A stretch of 64,000 nt of DNA from Phycisphaeraceae bacterium (GTDB lineage Bacteria > Planctomycetota > Phycisphaerae > Phycisphaerales > Phycisphaeraceae). The stretch is taken from assembly GCA_963674705.1 (NCBI GenBank), contig OY771506.1, forward strand, positions 4,384,001-4,448,000, in the 5' to 3' direction. The notes under the pieces are model-generated. The model saw nothing but the letters and a program-made list of their open reading frames with translations, ran no database searches and had not been told where the DNA came from. This document shows positions 48,749 through 59,396 of the stretch, in pieces (positions within the stretch are counted from its first letter, which is position 1; every line of letters starts with the position of its first letter). Both the position numbers and the translations under genes were made by a program.

Positions 48749-50227
48749 ATGAAAATACACACTATCCTGACTTGGTCACTTCTTACTACCTGCGTGCTGT
48801 CATCTATTTGGGGGTGTAGCGTTGAAAAGACCCAACATGTATCTGCAAAGCGATATAACGTTCTTTTCATCGCACTGGATGACCTTAACGCTGAAGTCTC
48901 ATCGTTTGGATCAGGTGTGGCTATAACGCCAAATCTTGACAAGCTTGCTGAGCGAGGCACATCATTTCAACATGCATATTGTCAGCAGGCCGTTTGTAAT
49001 CCATCGCGAGCATCGATTATGACGGGGATGCGTCTTGACACATTGCGTGTATGGGACCTACGTACACACTTCCGGGACACACACCCAGATATTGTCACTC
49101 TGCCGGAGTTGTTTAAGCAGAACGGATACTTCACACAAGGTATTGGGAAGCTATATCACAACTGGGGCAAGCTGACATACGAGGGCGATCCGCAATCATG
49201 GTCTGTGCCACAGGTTTATCACCATGCCCCACACTACAGCGATTGGTATATCCCTGGGGCGGCGCTAGGTACACCTGCGACCGTACAGAACGGCCCCACG
49301 CAATGTGTTGATGTGCCAGACGAGACATATTTTGATGGTCGTATTGCACAATTAAGTATCCAGGCACTCCGCGAACATAAAGACGAACCCTTCTTCCTGG
49401 CGGTTGGCTTTTGGAAACCACATTTGCCGTTCAACGCGCCTAAAAAGTATTGGGATATGTATGATCCTGCGAAGATTCCCGGCCCGATCCCTGCAACTCC
49501 CCCCCGCGACTGTCCAGACATTGCACTTCACAACTTCAAGGAATTACGTGGATATGCGGGGATGCCCAAGGAGGGCCAACCTACTGAACAGCAGGTACGT
49601 GAATTAAGGCACGGCTATTATGCAGCAATCAGCTTTGTTGATGCACAAATCGGCAAGGTCGTGGATGAGCTTGATCGCCTGGATCTGGCTGATTCCACGA
49701 TCATCGTTCTTTGGTCCGACCATGGTTTTCACATAGGAGAGCATGCCCTTTGGGCCAAGACTTCGAATTTTGAGCGTGACGCAAGAGTCCCGCTTATCAT
49801 CAGTGTACCGGGACAAGGAAAGAATGTCCGTTGCGAAGCGATGGTCGAGTTATTAGATGTTTATCCCACACTCGTCGAATTATGTGGTTTAAAACAGCCG
49901 GACCAACTTGAAGGCAACACACTTGTACCATTAATAACCAGCACCAATAGTGGACAAGAACGTGTCGCGCTGACACAACACCCACGCCCCCCCTACTACA
50001 AGGAAAAGGATGGTCCTACACATATGGGGTATTCATTACGCACCACCCGCTATCGATACACAGAGTGGCGGGATTGGCACACTGGTGAAGCAAGTGCAAT
50101 CGAACTCTATGATCATGATGTCGATCCTAATGAAGCCGAGAATCTGGCTAATCATCCGGATATGGTTGAGACGATCAAGCTGCTTTCAGCGAAGCTTGCT
50201 GAAGTTGCTCCTCGCGAGAAACATTAA
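48749..50227 (+). CDS. Formylglycine-dependent (S1) sulfatase, iduronate-2-sulfatase-like
   Basis: NVLFIALDD, CNPSRAS (CxPxR), GKLYH, KPHLPF and SDHG. Possible lipoprotein signal (WGC). Confidence 0.92.
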   Translation: MKIHTILTWSLLTTCVLSSIWGCSVEKTQHVSAKRYNVLFIALDDLNAEVSSFGSGVAITPNLDKLAERGTSFQHAYCQQAVCNPSRASIMTGMRLDTLRVWDLRTHFRDTHPDIVTLPELFKQNGYFTQGIGKLYHNWGKLTYEGDPQSWSVPQVYHHAPHYSDWYIPGAALGTPATVQNGPTQCVDVPDETYFDGRIAQLSIQALREHKDEPFFLAVGFWKPHLPFNAPKKYWDMYDPAKIPGPIPATPPRDCPDIALHNFKELRGYAGMPKEGQPTEQQVRELRHGYYAAISFVDAQIGKVVDELDRLDLADSTIIVLWSDHGFHIGEHALWAKTSNFERDARVPLIISVPGQGKNVRCEAMVELLDVYPTLVELCGLKQPDQLEGNTLVPLITSTNSGQERVALTQHPRPPYYKEKDGPTHMGYSLRTTRYRYTEWRDWHTGEASAIELYDHDVDPNEAENLANHPDMVETIKLLSAKLAEVAPREKH

Positions 50228-50263
50228 GCCACGGTTTAGCACACACAGTAAATAGATGGAATC

Positions 50264-52342
50264 ATGAATAGAACGCAACGAATGTACCGTGTCATACTTC
50301 TATTAGCTATATACATTACAGGACTCGGCTGTTTTGCAGAGTCTACGATTTCTGACAGTTCCGTACTCGATATCGGATTTGAGTCTCAGCCAATGGGCAC
50401 GCTGAAGCGTATCACTGTTAATAACGGTTGGATTGTATCTACCAAAGGCAAGTCCGAGATTGTTGCTGGGAAGCAACGTACCGGCAAACATTCATTAAGA
50501 ATGTATGACTATGATAGTATTGTCAGTTGGGAACCTCAGGCTATTGATAGTGATGCGCATGAATTATCTTTCTGGGCTGAACGTTGGACAAAGAACGGAC
50601 CATTCGAATTCCGCGTTGAATTCTTTGATGGCACATCTTGGCGCGAGGTCTACCGTGGTGATGATGATATTGAAACCGGTGGCTACAAGACCCAGGTAAT
50701 CATCCCGCTGAATGGCGTAATTCCAGAGCGTATACGATTTATCTGCCACAGTGATCCTAACAAGGGTGTCTTGATCGATGATATCCGTATCACACGCTCA
50801 ATGCGGATGGCTGTTAAATCGGTAGTTGCAGAGCCATCTGGCATGCCTGTTTTGGTGGGCAACCGGCATAATCCTGTTGTGCGTATCTGTCTCAATACAC
50901 CCGGCAATATTGATAAACTACATCTGAATCGTATTAAACTTGAGTTGAGTGAGGAGAGTACTTCCTTAATATCTGCAATTGAGATATTCGGTACGGGTGG
51001 TATACCGTCATTGGATTGGCGAAATCCACACACAGTTTTTGGTGACGCTATCGCGATTGGGACACCTAAACCGCCCGCCCGCTCACTGACATTCGAATCT
51101 GACTATCCCCTTCAAGACGGCAAGAATTACTTTTGGGTCTCATATCAACTGAACAATCGTGTAACCCCGAATCATACGCCATTGGTACAATGTCGCGAGG
51201 TCATGCTTAGTAATGGCGACGCGATAACATTAAATAACAATACCAATTCACCCCAAGCCACGGCATCACAGCGTGTTGGCATTGCACTTAGGAATACTGA
51301 CGAGGATGACGTTGCCGCTTATCGGATACCTGGGTTAACAACTACGAATAACGGCACACTGATCGCTGTCTATGATGTCCGCTACAACAGTTGGAGTGAT
51401 TTACCCGCAAATATCGACATCGGCATGAGTCGGAGCACAGATGGTGGAATTTCCTGGGAACCGATGAAGATAATTGGCGATATGGGACATGATCCCCAAT
51501 GGGCATATGATGGTATCGGGGATCCAGCAGTACTGGTAGACAGACAGACTGGCACAATATGGGTGGCTGGGTTGTGGAGCCATGGCGAGCGCGGCTGGAA
51601 AGACTCTGGGCCCGGTCTTAGTCCTGACGAAACAGGTCAACTTGTTCTTTTCAAGAGTGATGATGATGGCCGCACCTGGTCAGAACCGATTAACATCACA
51701 TCTCAAATTAAAGACCCGAAGTGGCATCTTGTTTTCAACGGCCCAGGATGTGGCATCTCCATGCGAGATGGTACTATCGTCTTCGCCGGCCAGTTCAAGG
51801 ATGCAGATGATATGCCGTACTCAACGATCATTTATAGCAAAGATCATGGGATTACCTGGCATATAGGATCGGGTGCGAAATCCAACACAACCGAAGCACA
51901 GGTTGCGGAACTCAGTGATGGTTCACTTATGCTGAACATGCGTGATAACCGTGGTGGATCACGCTCTGTCTATGTAACAAATGATCTTGGTCAGACTTGG
52001 CACGAACACCCAACATCCAGATCAGCTCTTCCTGAACCTGTTTGCCAGGCAAGCCTCATTTCCATGGATGTGCCGAAACTGAGTAGACCTATACTGCTAT
52101 TCTCAAATCCAGCAGTTCCTGACAAACCACGTCGCAATATGACCATCAAGGCTTCAGTAGATGATGGCAACACATGGCCAGAAGAATATCATTTATTGAT
52201 CGACTCGGGTGCATCTGCTGGATATTCATGCCTGACGGTAATCGATCAACATACTGTGGGGATATTGTATGAAGGAAGTCGTGCCAATATGACATTTCTA
52301 AGAATACCTCTCAAAGATATTCTTGGGGATCTGTTGAAGTAA
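50264..52342 (+). CDS. GH33 sialidase, Bacteroides NanH-like, with N-terminal accessory domains
   Basis: YRIPGL, DIGMSRSTDGG, GDPAVLVD, TTEAQV, NMRDNR and AGYS motifs. Confidence 0.92.
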   Translation: MNRTQRMYRVILLLAIYITGLGCFAESTISDSSVLDIGFESQPMGTLKRITVNNGWIVSTKGKSEIVAGKQRTGKHSLRMYDYDSIVSWEPQAIDSDAHELSFWAERWTKNGPFEFRVEFFDGTSWREVYRGDDDIETGGYKTQVIIPLNGVIPERIRFICHSDPNKGVLIDDIRITRSMRMAVKSVVAEPSGMPVLVGNRHNPVVRICLNTPGNIDKLHLNRIKLELSEESTSLISAIEIFGTGGIPSLDWRNPHTVFGDAIAIGTPKPPARSLTFESDYPLQDGKNYFWVSYQLNNRVTPNHTPLVQCREVMLSNGDAITLNNNTNSPQATASQRVGIALRNTDEDDVAAYRIPGLTTTNNGTLIAVYDVRYNSWSDLPANIDIGMSRSTDGGISWEPMKIIGDMGHDPQWAYDGIGDPAVLVDRQTGTIWVAGLWSHGERGWKDSGPGLSPDETGQLVLFKSDDDGRTWSEPINITSQIKDPKWHLVFNGPGCGISMRDGTIVFAGQFKDADDMPYSTIIYSKDHGITWHIGSGAKSNTTEAQVAELSDGSLMLNMRDNRGGSRSVYVTNDLGQTWHEHPTSRSALPEPVCQASLISMDVPKLSRPILLFSNPAVPDKPRRNMTIKASVDDGNTWPEEYHLLIDSGASAGYSCLTVIDQHTVGILYEGSRANMTFLRIPLKDILGDLLK

Positions 52343-52348
52343 TCCTCA

Positions 52349-53539
52349 TTACTTCAAAGTGCTCAGCTTCATCTGTTCCAACAGTTTCCAGCAATTCAAC
52401 TGCATACGAGGCAGATGGAACGGCCCTTTCCACATATTCCCCTTGAGAGTGGATGCTATAGTACTATCGCGGTGCAGATACCCGAACCATTCACCGTGCT
52501 CCGTATCCGGGAAGTGCTTGTGTGCCCAATCATGGACTTTCTTATGCCAATCCGCGTAGACATCTTTCCCAGTCAAATGATGCGCCAGTAATGTTGCATA
52601 GATTGCTTCGTTGTGAGGCCACCAAAGCTTCATATCGTGCTCATATCGTGGATTGGGATAACCTTTACAGTCTTTAAAGTACAGGATTCCTCCATGCACA
52701 TCATCCCAACCGAACTCCAACGACCAGTCAAGGATCTTGCATGCTTCAAATAATAACGTCTTGTTATTATTACGATAACGCGATTCTTCCATCATGAACC
52801 ATGATGTCTCGATTGCATGCCCCGGATTGACCTCTCGACCATCCGGTTCATCCACGAATTCTCCATTCGGCCCGACGCTTTCCAGCAGAACCTTGAATTC
52901 CGGCTTAAGAAAGTGATTAATGACTTCTTCCAGCACTTCATCAATGGTTGTCTGGTAAATTGGATCGTCATCAATCTGCCGAAGAATCTGCGAAGTAGCC
53001 AACAGTATCATTGGCATGGCGTGAGACTTCATAGATCGTGTTTGTGGGATGCCTTTGGGTTCCAGTAAACCAGGTGTCTTGTAATATTTAATAATCAACT
53101 TGAATAAGTCCGCCGCTTCTTGGCTGGCCTCGTCGTCACCGGATGCTTTGGCATATTCTGCTAATCCGACCGCAGCGAATGTCTCGGTGAATAAGTAGCG
53201 ACGTTTACGCAAGGGCTTCCCGTCACGGGTTACGGCGTAAAACATCCTCCCGTCTGAGTCGAAGCCGTATTTACGCAAAAATCCGATACCATGCCGGGCC
53301 AGTTCCAGCCATTCCGGCTTCTTCTCTACCTGATTATACAACCTTGCAAACAACCAACTGATCCGCCCCGCGACCCACATCGGCTTGTCTGTCGAGACGA
53401 TCGTGCCGTCCGCATCCAGGAATGTCATGAAACCGCCACATTCTCTATCCAGGGCATGGCGGGTCCAGAATGGAATGGTGCTGTCAAGTAGACCGTCTCG
53501 ATAAACCGGTATCAGTTCTTCTATCCTGGATAGATCCAT
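52349..53539 (-). CDS. nanE: N-acylglucosamine 2-epimerase (AGE family, Bacteroides-type NanE)
   Basis: IPFW..H..D...GG, DK..W..GR, NPGHAIE, KLWWPHNE, GEWFGYL and KGPFH.PR motifs. Confidence 0.9.
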   Translation of the reverse strand: MDLSRIEELIPVYRDGLLDSTIPFWTRHALDRECGGFMTFLDADGTIVSTDKPMWVAGRISWLFARLYNQVEKKPEWLELARHGIGFLRKYGFDSDGRMFYAVTRDGKPLRKRRYLFTETFAAVGLAEYAKASGDDEASQEAADLFKLIIKYYKTPGLLEPKGIPQTRSMKSHAMPMILLATSQILRQIDDDPIYQTTIDEVLEEVINHFLKPEFKVLLESVGPNGEFVDEPDGREVNPGHAIETSWFMMEESRYRNNNKTLLFEACKILDWSLEFGWDDVHGGILYFKDCKGYPNPRYEHDMKLWWPHNEAIYATLLAHHLTGKDVYADWHKKVHDWAHKHFPDTEHGEWFGYLHRDSTIASTLKGNMWKGPFHLPRMQLNCWKLLEQMKLSTLK

Positions 53540-53629
53540 TATATTTCCTTACTACAATTATAATATAGTTTATAAATAACGGCTTTGTATATGTGGCATG
53601 TAATATGAGGGCATTTTACCAATTGAATG

Positions 53630-55732
53630 TTATTTTTGCATGACGATCACAGGATTCTGCCAGTATGCCCAATCGTGGGAATTGTTAGTCTTGGGGTCAA
53701 CCTCCAACGTAATACGTACTGATTTGCCGGCATAAGCTTTCAAGGAGGCATGCTGACTATTGTTGTTACTCAGACTATCGTGTTCCATCAACAACTTGTC
53801 ATTGACAAACAGCCGGTAGACTACCCCGTCCCCATTACCGGACTCGGTGTACAGCGTTGTATGAAACTCAAGGCCTTTCCGATCGGGCAACAGAAGCTCG
53901 TACCGTATTTTCGCTCCTTTGTGTGGCGTGCCTTGGGGATGCAGGTAGATCCCTTTATGGACGCCGCCATCGGCTTGAGGGAATAAGCGAGTTCTATACT
54001 CAAGTGAATCGGTGATGGTCGCTGAATCGATCTCCTTAACAAAATCATATACTAGCTCGCCATCGGAAATGACGTACTCAAGGTCGGGCGAATGCTCCGG
54101 AATAGCTGCTTTATATACATAGACGTCATCCCAGGAATCCAAGCCTAATATGGCAAGTGCGAACTTTACCTCATCACGCCAATTTGGTGTGCCGGCGGCC
54201 TGGAACACATACCACAATTTTTTCTTTTGGTCTGGCGTGGACATGTGGCCGGGAATCTGCTTCGCGGTCCATAATCCGAGTCTCAAGCCGAACTCACCGC
54301 GATGATCTACATGACGGTGTAGTATATAGGCCTCAATTTTTGGTATCTGCTTGATGCGTTCATATGACAAAGCGTAAGCCGCTGCCTGTATCTCCTCCCC
54401 ATCGGGCCCTGCCGGGGTATCAAAACCTTGTTCAGAAAGTATCAACCGGCGTGACCGTCCTTGAATCATATTTCGTGGTTTATCCATGTAGCCCGCTAAA
54501 ACTTCAAGGTTTCTGAACGTCACCATAGGCGTGTCATATCCAAACGTTGCCATGTCATCCTGCCAGAAACGAGGATTACGCAAATCCTGCGGATAAGGAT
54601 GATACGCGATGTGCCAAGGATAATTGCCTTCATTTATTGACAATTCAACCAGCTTATCAAGCAAGGCCTTACCTGACAGACTACGTAATGGATCTTGTGA
54701 ATTCGGCCTAACCCAGCTATGGGTTAGTGAAATGAAAACCGGGATATCGGAATGTGCCTGCGATATCGCAAGCCAGGATAGCCTGACCTGGTTAAGATAC
54801 TCCCGGGCTACGGTATCCAGGTCTGCTGGCCCCATGTTGTGCCAAGTCCAATGCGAATCGACTTCATTACCGATGATGTATCCACCGATCTGCCCGAATC
54901 GCTTATCCGGCCTGCTATAACGTTCGGCGAGAAACTCCATCAACGTAGTATAAGTCACTACGCTTTTCTTGTTCGATAGATTAACCGCGAAGTGGCTGAA
55001 TTCCGGATCAGTAATATATGCGTCAGGATGGATTAGCGGATTGTTTTCTCTAGCGGGCAAGCCAACGATATTAAGTATCACCGCAACAACGTTGACATCT
55101 GCTTTAGTAAGATCGGATATCGTGTTATCTAGAGACCTCACATAATCCGGATTAATACGGATGGTGATACCTTCTCTATGGAGCATCCATTCTCTATCTG
55201 GATTTTCAGCTCCTTCTGGAAGAAGCAAATTGCTAAGGTTTATGTTCCAGTGTGTATGCCGGGCACCGAGTTCTTTAAGATCATCGATCACAACTGGACA
55301 CGAAACACCTTTGACTTCGCTCGGCCAGGTAACATCTTGATGGTACTTGGATACGCCATCCATCTCAGTAACCCAGCGGAGATACTGCTGCCCATCGAGA
55401 GTTATCAGAAACTGTTGATAGAGAAGATTGTTCTTGCCATTCCACTTCGGCAAGCTGATCGTATCGCTTGTAGGCTTTTGATCGTAGAGCACCTTGAAGT
55501 CTTTACGATCCTGATACACCGCCCCGGCTTCGATGCGACAAGCTTGAATGTCTTCGGGCAGATGTACGTATAAACTCTCGGTAGTTGCACCGACATATAT
55601 CTGTTCGTCTGTTTTGTCCTGCCCCCACACACTGCTTACGGCAAAATAAAAAGCCACAAGAAACAGCACAATCGCCATTCTTCGATAGTTTCGTCGCTTA
55701 CCCCCAGCCAGAAAGATTACTGTAATATTCAT
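53630..55732 (-). CDS. Secreted clan GH-A-like putative glycoside hydrolase (DUF5722-like) with C-terminal carbohydrate-binding-like domain
   Basis: IGNEVD acid/base-like motif, AYHPYP and LSEQG nucleophile-like motif; C-terminal LHP...GDGV...DWAYW beta-sandwich. Confidence 0.65.
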   Translation of the reverse strand: MNITVIFLAGGKRRNYRRMAIVLFLVAFYFAVSSVWGQDKTDEQIYVGATTESLYVHLPEDIQACRIEAGAVYQDRKDFKVLYDQKPTSDTISLPKWNGKNNLLYQQFLITLDGQQYLRWVTEMDGVSKYHQDVTWPSEVKGVSCPVVIDDLKELGARHTHWNINLSNLLLPEGAENPDREWMLHREGITIRINPDYVRSLDNTISDLTKADVNVVAVILNIVGLPARENNPLIHPDAYITDPEFSHFAVNLSNKKSVVTYTTLMEFLAERYSRPDKRFGQIGGYIIGNEVDSHWTWHNMGPADLDTVAREYLNQVRLSWLAISQAHSDIPVFISLTHSWVRPNSQDPLRSLSGKALLDKLVELSINEGNYPWHIAYHPYPQDLRNPRFWQDDMATFGYDTPMVTFRNLEVLAGYMDKPRNMIQGRSRRLILSEQGFDTPAGPDGEEIQAAAYALSYERIKQIPKIEAYILHRHVDHRGEFGLRLGLWTAKQIPGHMSTPDQKKKLWYVFQAAGTPNWRDEVKFALAILGLDSWDDVYVYKAAIPEHSPDLEYVISDGELVYDFVKEIDSATITDSLEYRTRLFPQADGGVHKGIYLHPQGTPHKGAKIRYELLLPDRKGLEFHTTLYTESGNGDGVVYRLFVNDKLLMEHDSLSNNNSQHASLKAYAGKSVRITLEVDPKTNNSHDWAYWQNPVIVMQK

Positions 55733-55899
55733 TATTACAAGACCTTATAACATAGTGGAAGAATCGGTAGTGTATTTGTCGACCTGTTGAAAGCAGCGTT
55801 CTCGAATCGGATATAATTCGATGTACATCATTGGATTTCCTCCCCTGGGCGAACAACTGGAATACCAATCTGGCTCTCATTGGACCTGTAGTGGAGATT

Positions 55900-57789
55900 A
55901 TGTTGCTCTCTGACCATTATAACTCCGCACACTGGGTGCTGAAGGAAGCCGATACGTGGCAGAACGTCGCGGATTGGCCGGATCCAATTGCTCCGCTGTG
56001 GGAAAGGTATACCGAGATATTGAAGGATATGAGGCTGCCCGAGTCCACCGGCCTGTCTCGCGAAAACTATCTGCATGTAATCAGCGGTATCGTCGTGTAC
56101 TTTGCCAAATTTCAGAATGATAAGGGCGCAGTCATCGACCCCTATCATGAGGTTGAAATTCAGTATTCAACCCCCTGTTTTGCCCTCGCAGCTGCGACAT
56201 TGTTTGTTCACGATGGTCGAGAGGATCTACTAGAGCCGGCGGCATGTGCGCTCGAGTGGTCGATAATAACTTTGAGTCAACGCAGGGCAGCCACATCTCA
56301 CGAGGACTTCTTCCCGCCTCTAATAGCACATACACTATCTTTGGTTAAGAGCAAGATAGAGCCAGCACGTTTCGCTGAATGGATACGACTAATCAAGGGT
56401 TTTGACCCGTATGATATTTATCGTGTTGCGCCTGGTGATAACAACTGGAACGTTGTGGCTCTAAGCGGCGAAGGGCTTTTTTATCTGCAAGGGTTGCGTG
56501 AAAACAATACTTACGTCGAGCATTCACTCGCTGCACAGGGTCAATTCTTCAACTCGCCTTGGGGCCTTTATACCGAGGGCCCCATGGCATACGATCTTTT
56601 CCCCCGTATATGGGTTGCAGATTTGCTGGCGAGCGGCTACACGGGATACCGGGCCGACATACTTGAGGATGTCTTGGGGCGAGGTGTTAAGACAAGCCTG
56701 TTTATGCAATCCCCTGCCGGTGAGTTACCTGCTGGTGGACGCAGCGCTCATCACCAATGGAACGAAGCTGAACAGTGTGTCATGTTTGAAGTATATGCAT
56801 CCAAGGCAATACTTCGAAACGATTTGGCAGAGGCTGGGTCATATAAACGTGCGTCCCATCTCGCTCTGAAGTCTTTACTTCGTTGGATTCGCCCAAGCGG
56901 TGAACTTTGGATAGTTAAAAACCGTCGCAACCCAGCCAATCAACATGGCTATGAATCTTACTCGTCTCACTCTCAATACAATCTGCTTACCGCTGCGATG
57001 TTAGCATTAGCCTTTAAGCACGCTGAGCGAACTGAAGCTATTACTGAGTATTACACGCCGGCTGAAGTCGGTGGATTCGTATTCCAACTCCCCGACCCCT
57101 TCAATAAACTAATCGCAAATGTCGGTGGACACTACCTGCTTATCGATTACTACGCAGATCTGACTCACAATCCCACAGGCTTGCTTCGGATTCATCAATG
57201 CGGGATGGATCCTCAGCTTGGACCAAGTGATGGACTGACCGAAACAGCGGCATATCACCTACCCGATGGACCCCAAACTTCCGCCGCGGTCGGTGTGTCC
57301 TGGATTGATTGCAATGGCTCATGGCGGCGGCTTGCGGAATATGGACATCTCCATGGCCAACCGGGACAGTATGGACCTGTGTCCGCCGAACTTGATATGA
57401 TTGAACAATCCCCTGAACGTGTGGTATTTAGTCTTACATATCATGGGGAGTTCAATGGCCCTCAAGCTATCATAGAACGCTACACACTCACCCCGGATAC
57501 TGTCATTCAAAATACTGAGCTTCTGGATTATGATGGCGCATCAAGATTGATCTGGCCAATACTGGCAAATGACGGTGTAAACGATCTGGCTATCACTACG
57601 ATCGATGATACAATTCGCGTGTCGTCCAAGGATAGCACGCAGACATTTACAACACATGGCGCATATACAACTCAGGTCCTTCCAGAACGCTATGGCTGTC
57701 GTAATGGATGGGCCCGTATAGCTGTTTCTGAATTCGGGCCCGGTATCATGCCAGCCATTGTAATTACATCCACCATCGTTCATGACTAA
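55900..57789 (+). CDS. Conserved hypothetical protein, possible alpha-helical toroid glycan lyase/hydrolase
   Basis: Long ORF with NNWNVVA and GRSAHHQWNE motifs, helical N-half and beta-rich C-half. ATG 55900 with GGAG; ORF open from 55831. Confidence 0.55.
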   Translation: MLLSDHYNSAHWVLKEADTWQNVADWPDPIAPLWERYTEILKDMRLPESTGLSRENYLHVISGIVVYFAKFQNDKGAVIDPYHEVEIQYSTPCFALAAATLFVHDGREDLLEPAACALEWSIITLSQRRAATSHEDFFPPLIAHTLSLVKSKIEPARFAEWIRLIKGFDPYDIYRVAPGDNNWNVVALSGEGLFYLQGLRENNTYVEHSLAAQGQFFNSPWGLYTEGPMAYDLFPRIWVADLLASGYTGYRADILEDVLGRGVKTSLFMQSPAGELPAGGRSAHHQWNEAEQCVMFEVYASKAILRNDLAEAGSYKRASHLALKSLLRWIRPSGELWIVKNRRNPANQHGYESYSSHSQYNLLTAAMLALAFKHAERTEAITEYYTPAEVGGFVFQLPDPFNKLIANVGGHYLLIDYYADLTHNPTGLLRIHQCGMDPQLGPSDGLTETAAYHLPDGPQTSAAVGVSWIDCNGSWRRLAEYGHLHGQPGQYGPVSAELDMIEQSPERVVFSLTYHGEFNGPQAIIERYTLTPDTVIQNTELLDYDGASRLIWPILANDGVNDLAITTIDDTIRVSSKDSTQTFTTHGAYTTQVLPERYGCRNGWARIAVSEFGPGIMPAIVITSTIVHD

Positions 57790-57910
57790 CCTCCCTCATG
57801 TGAAGGGCGTGAAGCATTCGGATTCGCGTGTCTGTTTGAGCCCCATAGGGTCAGCAGCTATTATGCAAATCACTACAGGCCATGTTATTATATTTTGCTG
57901 GATATAGACC

Positions 57911-59113
57911 ATGGCAGCAATAATAAACCCCAATAACTCTGACTCTTCCCGTTCAATTTATGTGGTCAACGTAGTTGCCGCATGCAGCATCGTATTTGGT
58001 CGCGATACATTGCGGGGGATATTGAAGTACGCCAATCTTCAGCAGGATTGGCTCATTCACGTGGATCCTTGGGATACGACTGGCCGTCACGAGGTATACC
58101 CGGAAACTGATGGGGCGATTTATGCTGGTGGTGGTGATGATGTTTATCACATGCTACTTAATAGGAGTAAGCACGTCGTCTGTTGTGAGGCATCCTACGA
58201 TCAATCAAAATCCCCCATCGTTTCATCTGACGAAGAAGCAATAGGCAAAATCGCGGCGGACCATCTCCTTGATTGCGGCTATCAACACTTCGCTTACTAC
58301 GGTGTCGCTCATGGCGCTTCGCGGAATGTGGGCAATATGCGCTATTCTGGTTTTGATACCGAACTGAAGTGCAGAGATCATTCATGCAAATTTGTCTGTC
58401 CGGTTTCCTGGCCATCTGGCTCAGAACGTATGTCGCGCTCACACCGACGTACATTAATTGAGTGGCTCGATCCCCTGCCTAAGCCAATTGGGATAATGAC
58501 AAGTGATGATACCCTTGCCTTTGATTTGGCTGCAGCTATTCGTGAAACCAAGTTCAAGGTACCCGATGATATTGCCATAATCGGCGTGAATAATGATGAA
58601 CTACTCTGTGAAGCCGCTTCGCCTCCTCTTTCGAGTGTTGATGTCGACTTTCAGCGGTTAGGATATGAAGCTGCTAAATTGCTTGACCGTATGTTGCGGG
58701 GAGATAATATTTCAAAATCCCAAAGACATATTCAGATGAGTCCTTTGGGTATTCATCAGCGAGTCAGTACCAACCAGCTTGCGATTGACGATAAGGACCT
58801 TGCAGCAGCCATTCAATTCATCCGAAACCATGCCTGTGATCCCTGTGGTGTACGCGATGTCCTGAACCACGTACCTGTTGCACGTCGCTGGTTAGAGCGC
58901 GAATTCGTTGAGAAGGTAGGCAGAACACCGTATGAAGAGATTCTTCGTGTCCGGATCGATCAATCTAAACGTATGCTGTTACAATTAGATCTTTCTGTTG
59001 ACGAGATAGCCAGAAGGTGTGGATACTCAGCAACTTCGAACTTCAATCGCATCTTCCGGAAAGTAACGGGACAAACACCGGCTGCTTTCAGGCGCAGTTG
59101 CCGTTCAGATTGA
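57911..59113 (+). CDS. XylR-type transcriptional regulator (LacI-like sensor + AraC HTH)
   Basis: LPKPIGI, VPDDIAIIGVNND and LSSVD sensor motifs; C-terminal IA..CGY....F.R.F....G.TP..FR AraC signature. Confidence 0.92.
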   Translation: MAAIINPNNSDSSRSIYVVNVVAACSIVFGRDTLRGILKYANLQQDWLIHVDPWDTTGRHEVYPETDGAIYAGGGDDVYHMLLNRSKHVVCCEASYDQSKSPIVSSDEEAIGKIAADHLLDCGYQHFAYYGVAHGASRNVGNMRYSGFDTELKCRDHSCKFVCPVSWPSGSERMSRSHRRTLIEWLDPLPKPIGIMTSDDTLAFDLAAAIRETKFKVPDDIAIIGVNNDELLCEAASPPLSSVDVDFQRLGYEAAKLLDRMLRGDNISKSQRHIQMSPLGIHQRVSTNQLAIDDKDLAAAIQFIRNHACDPCGVRDVLNHVPVARRWLEREFVEKVGRTPYEEILRVRIDQSKRMLLQLDLSVDEIARRCGYSATSNFNRIFRKVTGQTPAAFRRSCRSD

Positions 59114-59295
59114 TTCGGTCTGCATTGATATCTGGCACATTTAGCCTTTTTCCCTACGGCAACCGCGGTATACATAATTTCCCTGCCATGATTGATGCAT
59201 TATTTGGTTGATTACCTCCTAATATTTATCGCTTTACTACTGTGCGTGTACTCTGTTTGGATACATACACTTTGTTTCTATGTACTTACGCACGA

Positions 59296-59314
59296 TTGAC
59301 CCAATCTCTTAAAA
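59296..59314 (+). promoter_or_regulatory. Operator-like motif, copy 1
   Basis: TTGACCCAATCTCTTAAAA, 18/19 identical to 62363-62381; TACAAT -10-like element at 59345. Confidence 0.6.
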
Positions 59315-59396
59315 GAATAACACTAATTTCCTAATCTTCTTGGGTACAATTCATGAGATCATGTTCGAAGCAATATCGTACAGGAGGCCCCGAGAT

